In this document: positions 56,365-64,000 of the stretch, piece by piece
Layout: the number at the start of each line of letters is the position of its first letter
How positions within the stretch are numbered: the stretch's first letter is position 1
Source: the human T2T-CHM13v2.0 reference genome, Homo sapiens
Reading direction: 5' to 3' (one strand)
DNA length: 64,000 nucleotides
Assembly (NCBI RefSeq): GCF_009914755.1
Contig: NC_060933.1
Notes under the pieces: generated by a model
What the model saw: only the letters and a program-made list of their open reading frames with translations
Told to the model about the DNA's origin: nothing
The model's database searches: none
Position numbers and translations under genes: made by a program

Positions 56365-56487
56365 CCTGTCATTTACTGACTGACTGATCTCTAGTTTTAA
56401 GAAGTCCTGTCATTTACTGACTGACTGACATCTAGTTGTAGGAAGTCCTGTTATTTACTGGCTGACTGACATCTAGTTTTAGGAAGT
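56365..56487 (+). repeat. 41-bp x 3 minisatellite
   Basis: Unit cctgtcatttactgactgactgacatctagttttaggaagt; copies start at 56365, 56406 and 56447. Confidence 0.95.
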
Positions 56488-57216
56488 TAGAATAAGGCAG
56501 GGCTTAGAGCTGATCTAACCTCCTTACTTTAGAAGTGACGCCCAGAAAGTTAAAGGACATCACCCCATATTCCTCAGCACATGAGCGAAGAACGTGAAGC
56601 CAGGCTTCCCTTGCCCCAGCTTGGTGTTCTCTGTCCACTACACTCACTTCCCTTCAGGTTAAAGCATTTTGCAAACTTACATATCCTATAGTCTCTCTCC
56701 CCAAGATGATTTGCTGATGGGAAACTGAGGATCAGAAAGGTGAGGGTACTTGACCAACATCACACAGCAAATTAAAGGCAAGATTTGATCCACGCCTGTG
56801 GGAAAGGCTTCCTAAGTACATGAAGTGGGTTTACCAGTTACCATCATTCCTTCCTCTATCATGGACTTCAGGTACTGTGCCTTTGAGGATGAGTAGGGGC
56901 AGATGAGATCTAGCCATCGTTTGAAATTACTTGTATATTATTAGTATTTCAATTAGTTTGTTGCTTACTGTCTGTCTCCTCCACCAAAATGTAAATGTTA
57001 TAATAGTATGGACCATGTGGCTTGTCCTAAGCCATCTGGCACACAGTTGGTACTTGTTATTTGCTGAACGAATTGGTGGAGTGCTAGAAATGACATTTAG
57101 TGTATCTGTGTATTAACTTTGGATCTGAATCCACACTACTTCTTATAAGTTGTATAACCTTCAGGCAGTGACATAAAGTCTCCTATCTTCACGTGATTAC
57201 TGTGATGGGTAAATAG

Positions 57217-57758
57217 TACGGTAGCCAGCTTCAAAGATGGTCCCCAGTGATTCCTGCCTTCTGGTATTAAGACTCATGTAGTCCCCTCCTACACTGCACC
57301 AGAATTGGTCTATGTGACCAATAGTATGTGGCAGAAGAGGAGGTATGTGGCTTCTAAAGGTAGATCATAAGAGAGATCTTTCTCTCCCTCTGTCTGTCTC
57401 TCTCTCTCTCATCACTTGCTCTAGTGAAAGCAAGCTGCCATGTTTTCAGCAGCCCTATGGAGAGTCTTATGTGGCAAGGAAGTAACACCTCTGGCCAACA
57501 GCCAGTAAGGCTGGGGCCTGCCAGCAAAACATGAGTGAGCCTGCAAATACACTATCCAGCCCCAATCAAGCCTGTTCAGATATTGGCAACCCCAGGTGAC
57601 ATTTTGACTGAGACTTTGTAGAGGTAGGCCAGAACCACACATAGAAGCTGCTTTTGAATTTCTGACCCTTAAAAATTGTGTGGGATAATAAATACTTTTT
57701 GTTTTAAGTGACTTGATTTTTGAGATAATTTGTTACACAGCAATAGCTAACTAATATA
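57217..57758 (+). mobile_element. MLT1F-like MaLR solo LTR
   Basis: ggtagccagcttcaaagatggtccccagtgattcctgcc...tttgttacacagcaatagctaactaata. Confidence 0.85.
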
Positions 57759-60033
57759 GTGAAATAAATGTATGCAGTACTTAGCACAGTGATCAACAAA
57801 TAGTTCTGCTGTTATAGGTATTTGTAAAGAGCTTAGAATCTGGTTTGAGAGATAAATATACACATCTATCAGAGAACGTTAGTTATAGAACAAACATAAA
57901 AAAGTATGGTAAAATTTGTTTGGGAAAATAAAAACTCTGCAAACTAGGCAATATTGAAACAGGGAGGTTTTAGTCTTTTCTCCTCCTCTAGGAAGGGAAT
58001 CCTGTAGGAAGGAAGTTCCTACAGGAAGAGAAAAGAGACATCTAATGTACTAGAAGAGGAAGACTAGAATTCATTACCAGGCACTGTCACTTGCTTGCCT
58101 CGTGACCTTGGACAAGTCCTTGAAACTATTTGGGACTGTTTTCTTTCTATAAATAGAGGAGCCAGTTTGGAGACAAGAATATGAGGACTAAAGTCAGGCC
58201 TGAATTCCAAGGAAAGATTTGTGACACTGAGCATATAGGCAGGATGCTTCACCTCAGAGACAGCCTCAGGTTCCTCATCTGTAGAATGCAAATAATGTCT
58301 CTCTTGGAGGCACTTCTGAAGACTGTATGAGAAAACACTTCTAAAGTATCTGGCTTTAGACCTGGTACATAATAGACACCTAATAAATGAAGAATAATTG
58401 AATAGGGATATATAAACAAGTAATAAATTAACCAAAACCCCAAAAGAAAAACTAGCCTAGTTGGGAGGAATCACGATGTCTGACTAGATGCAGGTAGTAT
58501 GTCCCTCCTCCATGGAGAGGAACCAGAATAATAAGTAGATACACACATTCCAAACAGATTGTCTAGAAGAGAATGCTAGGATTCAACAGGGGAGAAATGA
58601 GAAGCACCAGAAGTAAGTAAGCAGAGACTTTGAGGCAGCTTTTCCAGTCAGAAACCAACTGAGAGCTGGAAGGGGCTCCCAGATGTGGGGAAACAGTAAG
58701 AGAGAAACCCCCAGGGTTCCAAAATGGGGTTTTACACCTTGGCTGTGAGAGAAACTCTCAACCTACTGGGGCCTTTGGCCTGACATACGAAGTGCCTAAA
58801 GTTTGCATAAAACCATTGCCACAGAATGAGAACCCAAATAAAATCCCACAGGCATCTGAACCTGGAGTAGACACAGCTGGGCACTATTTTGAGAGCCAAA
58901 ATACTGGGGATCTACAGATATGGCTGCTGCTGCCCTGTTCTAAAGAGGGAGAGGGAAGACTGGGTGCTCCCACACATCCCCAGGAAGCTCCTTACTGCCC
59001 TGCTGCAGGCTGCTATTGAGACTGAGACATGGATAGACTGTACTTCCCACAGCTTCTTGCTCACCTTTCTTGCCTGAGATGGACTCTGCCTTCTCTGGTA
59101 TCAGGCCCAAAGCACCGTTTTTGACAGTTTAATGCTGAGCTGCACCCTACCATTGGCATGAGTTTGGGTTGATGTGGCTGCAGCTGCCACCCAGTCAAGG
59201 AGGGACAGGGAGACCAGGCTATCCTATGCATATCTAGGACAATACCCACTGCCCTGCAAGGGGCTGCTGTGAGACCAAGACTCAAGTGGGCCACACTCAC
59301 CACAGCTTCTTGCCAATGTGGCTCACCTGAGAAGGACCCCATCCTTTCTGGTCACAGCCCACAGCTGGCACCATGCTGAGCATTTAATGCTGGACTATGT
59401 CCCAGGCTTGGGGCCGAGTTTGAGGTAACATGGCTGCAGCCACCACCCTGCTGGGAGAGGGACAGAGTACACCACACTCTCCTAAGCACACTCAGGACAA
59501 TACCCACCACCCTGCTATGGGTGGCTGCGAGACTGGGGACTAGCCCGCCCAACCCATCACAGCTCCCAGCAAGACCAACACGGGTTGCTTGAGTCCCAGT
59601 GGGTTGCTCTACCACCATCATTACTGCCATCAGCCACACTACACTAGCTTCCCAGGGGCCCCAAAATCTACCCATACATCAGGCCCACTGCTCCCACTAC
59701 TAGCTTCTAAGCAAGCCAACTAATGGCCCAAGAATCAGCCCTCAAAAACCTACTAACACTGAAGCCAGTGTAAGCTACTTCGGGGCCTAAAACCAGGCAC
59801 ACTCACCCCACTGCTGCCACTATCAGGTGTGAAGACTGGCTCACTTTGTATTCAAGGTCCCAGCTTAACTTCACCACAATCTCAACTAACAACTGTGTGA
59901 TAATGAAAACACAGTATCTCAACATGTGTATTATACAGCAAAATCAGTGCTAAGAGGAAAGTTTATAGCATTAAATGCCTACATCAAAAAATTATCACAA
60001 ATTAACAACCTAATATCACACCTGAAAGAACTA

Positions 60034-60407
<374 letters not shown>

Positions 60408-61027
60408 TCAGAGCAGAAATAAATGAAATAGACCCAAAAAGCAATGCAAAGGATCAATGAAATGAAAAAATAATTTTTTGAAATGCTAAACAAAATTAGT
60501 AAGCCACTAGCAAGAAAAGAGAGAAGACTCAAATAAATACAACCAGAAATATAAAAACAGACACTACAACTGATGCCACGGAAATACAAAAGATCATCAG
60601 AGACTATTATGAAGACTATTATGTTCACAAACCAGAGAACTTAGAAAAAAATGAATATATTCCTGACTACACAAAACCTATGGAGATTGAACCAGGAAGA
60701 AACAGAACTCCTGAACCGAACAATAATGACTACTGAGATTGAATCAATAATAAAAAATATCTCTCAATAACAACAGAAAAAGCCAAGGACTGGATGAATT
60801 CACAGCTGACTTCTACCAAACATCCAAAGAAAACTAACACCAATTTTCCTGAAACAATCCCAAAAAAATGAGGAAGAGGAAATTCTTTCTAACTCATTCT
60901 ATCAGGCCAGTATCACCCTGATACCAAAACCATACAAGGAAATAACAACAACGAAAAAGAAAACTATACACTAATATCCCTGATGAATATAGATGTTAGT
61001 ATTTTGCTTAACAAAATACTAGCAAAA

Positions 61028-61357
<330 letters not shown>

Positions 61358-62433
61358 TCAGAAAGATAGTACACCATGACATCATCAGGTGGAATTTATC
61401 CCTGTGATGTAATGAGGATTCAACTATGCAAATCAATAAACGTGATACATCACATAAACAGAATTCAGGAAAAAAGCCATACAATAATCTCCATAGATAC
61501 AGAAAAAAAAGCATTCAATAAAATTCAACATCCTTTGATGATAAAAAAAATCCTCAACAGAGTAATCATTGAAAATACACACCTCAACATAGTAAAGGCC
61601 ATGACCCACAGCCATTATCTTACTGGGGAAAAAAAAGCATTTCCTCTAAGAACTAGAACAAGACAAAGACATCCCCTTTCAACACTCTTATTCAACATAG
61701 CACTGGAAGTTCTCACCAAAGAAGTCAGGACACAGAAAAATTAAAAGTTATCCAAGCTGGAAAAGAAGAAGTCAAATTATCCCTGTTTGCTGATAGTATT
61801 GTCTTATATCTAAAAATCCCTAAAGACTCTATCAAGTTTCAAGATAAAAAATAAGATGCAGAAATCAGTAGCATTTCTATACACCAATCTAGCTGAGAAC
61901 CAAATTAAGAAAGCAATCCATTTACAATAGCCACAAAAATAAAATATCTAGGAATATATTTAACAAGGAGGTGAAAGATCTCTATAAAAATAATAACAAA
62001 ACACTGATGAAATAAATTGTAGATGACATAAATACACAGAGAAACATCCCATGCTCATGAATTGGATAATCAATATGTTTAAAAGGATTATATTGCCCAA
62101 AGCAATCTGCAGATTCAATCCAATCCCTATCCAATTACCAACATCATTTTTCAAAGCATTAGAAAAAAAATCCTAAAATTCATCTGTAACTAGAACAGAC
62201 CCCAAATAACCAAAGCAATCTCAAGCAAAATGAACGAAGCTAGAAAATCACATTATCTGACTTCAAATTATAGTACAAGGCATAGTAACCACAAAACCAT
62301 GGTATTGGTATAAAAATAGGCAACTAGATCAATGGAATAGAATGGAGAACCCAGAAATAAAGCCACATACCTACAACCAAATGATCTTTGACAAAGTCAA
62401 CAAAAGTACACACTGGTAAAATGATACTCCAGT

Positions 62434-62805
62434 TGTATTAGTCCGTTATCACACTACTATAAAGAAATACCTGAGACTGGGTAATTTATAAATAAAAGAG
62501 GTTTAATTGGCTTATGGTTTCAGAGGCTGTACAGGAGGCATGGCTGGGGAGGTGTCAGGAAACTTATAATCATGAAGAGGAAAGAGGCACGTCTTCACAT
62601 TGCTGGGAGCAGGAGAAAGAGAGCAAAATGAGAAGTGTTACACACTTTCAAACAACCAGATCTCATGAGAACTCACTATTGCAAGAACAGCAAGGGGAAA
62701 ATCTGCCCCCATGATACAATCACCTCCTACCAAGCCCCTCCTCCAATACTGGGGATTACAATTCAACATGAAATTTGGGTGGGAACACAAATCCAAATCA
62801 TATCA
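62434..62805 (-). mobile_element. MSTA/B-like MaLR solo LTR inside L1 ORF2
   Basis: tgtattagtccgtt...aaagaaatacctgagactgggtaatttata...ccaaatcatatca; flanks ccagt/ctggt. Confidence 0.9.
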
Positions 62806-63522
62806 CTGGTCAATAAATGGTACTGAAAAATTGGATAGCCATACACAGAAGAATGAAACTGGACTCATATTTCTCGCCACATATTTTTTAAAAACCTCAA
62901 AATGGATTAAGACCTGAAACTATAAAAATCCTAAAAGAAAACCTAGAAAACACCATTTTGGACCTTGGCCTTGGGAAAGAATTTGTGACTAAGTCCTCAG
63001 ATCCAATTAAACTAAAGAGCTACACAGCAAAAGAAACTATCAACAGAGTAAACAGACAACCTACAGAATGGGAGAAAATATTCACAGATTGTGCACTCGA
63101 CAAAGGTCAAATATCCAGAGACCATAAGGAACTTAAATAATGCAACAAGCAAAAACAAATAACCCCATTAAAAATTGGGCAAAAGACATAAACAGACACT
63201 TCTTAAAAGAAGACATAAGAGTGACCCACAAACATATGAAAAAATGTTCAACATTACTATTCAGCAGAGAGATGCAAATCAAAACCACAGTGAGATACCA
63301 TCTCACACCAGTCAGAATGGCTACTATTAAAAAGTCAAAAAACAACAGATGCTGGTGAGGCTGTGGAGAAAAAGGAACACTTATGGAATGTAAATGAGCA
63401 CAACCTTTAAGGAAGACAGTATGAAGGTTTTTTTTTAAAGAACTAAAAACAGAACTACCATTCAATCCAGCAATCCCACTATTGGGTATAAACCCAAAGA
63501 GAAAAAATCATTAATTACATTA

Positions 63523-63839
63523 GGTCGGTCACGGTGGCTCAAGCCTGTAATCCCAGCACTTTGGGAGGTCTAGGCAGGTGGATCACTAGAGGCCAGGAGT
63601 TTGAGACCAGCCTGGCCAACATGGTGAAACCCTGTCTCTACTAAAAGTACAAAAATTAGCCAGGCATGGTGGCAAATGCCTATACTCCCAGCTACTCAGG
63701 AGGTTGAGGTGGGAGAATCACTTGAACCCAGGAGGCGGAGGTCACAGTGAGCCAAGATCGCGCCACTGCACTCCAGCCTGGGCAACAGAGTGAGACCCTA
63801 TGTCAAAAAAAAAAAAAAGAAGAAGAAGAAAAAAAGAAA
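63523..63839 (+). mobile_element. AluS (older) inside the L1 3' region
   Basis: Full Alu with an A/GAA tail. Confidence 0.93.
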
Positions 63840-64000
63840 GATACCAGCCCTCATATGTTTACTGCAACAATAATAACATACGAGTGCTATTTCATAATAG
63901 CAAAAATACGGAATTAACCTGAATGTCTATCAAGAGTTGATTGAATAAAGAAAATGTGGTATACACTCCTACCCCTCCCTTCTCCCCACCCACCCACAGA

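Noticed and set aside
56365-56487. CRISPR-like direct repeats
   Set aside because: Head-to-tail tandem copies with no unique spacers and no cas genes, in eukaryotic intronic DNA

Overview
Primate (most likely human) genomic DNA from inside the neuronal gene ASTN2 (astrotactin-2), transcribed on the minus strand. Only two coding exons are present: 53630-53796 (167 nt) and 38646-38834 (189 nt). Both have canonical AG/GT sites and compatible phases, and together they encode the EGF-like Cys-rich segment that leads into the MACPF region. The rest is intron packed with interspersed repeats: about 21 Alus, THE1/MST/MLT1 and ERV1-type solo LTRs, old L1 pieces including a 5'UTR-bearing internally deleted L1, L2, MIR, hAT DNA-transposon fossils, an ancient CR1/L3 RT remnant, and simple repeats. 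Nearly all ORFs in the supplied track are repeat or low-complexity artefacts. I see no prokaryotic-type system and cannot support a new gene system here. The best leads are regulatory or RNA-processing hypotheses: a frame-preserving 189-nt exon flanked by inverted Alus, a near-consensus REST/RE1 site beside it, an 18-bp x3 TAATTA array (MER121-like), a readable CR1 RT fossil, and an exact 38-bp duplication that doubles an AP-1 site in a THE1 LTR. Gene and repeat-family names come from recalled consensus sequences, not from database searches, and repeat boundaries are approximate unless a target-site duplication (TSD) is quoted.
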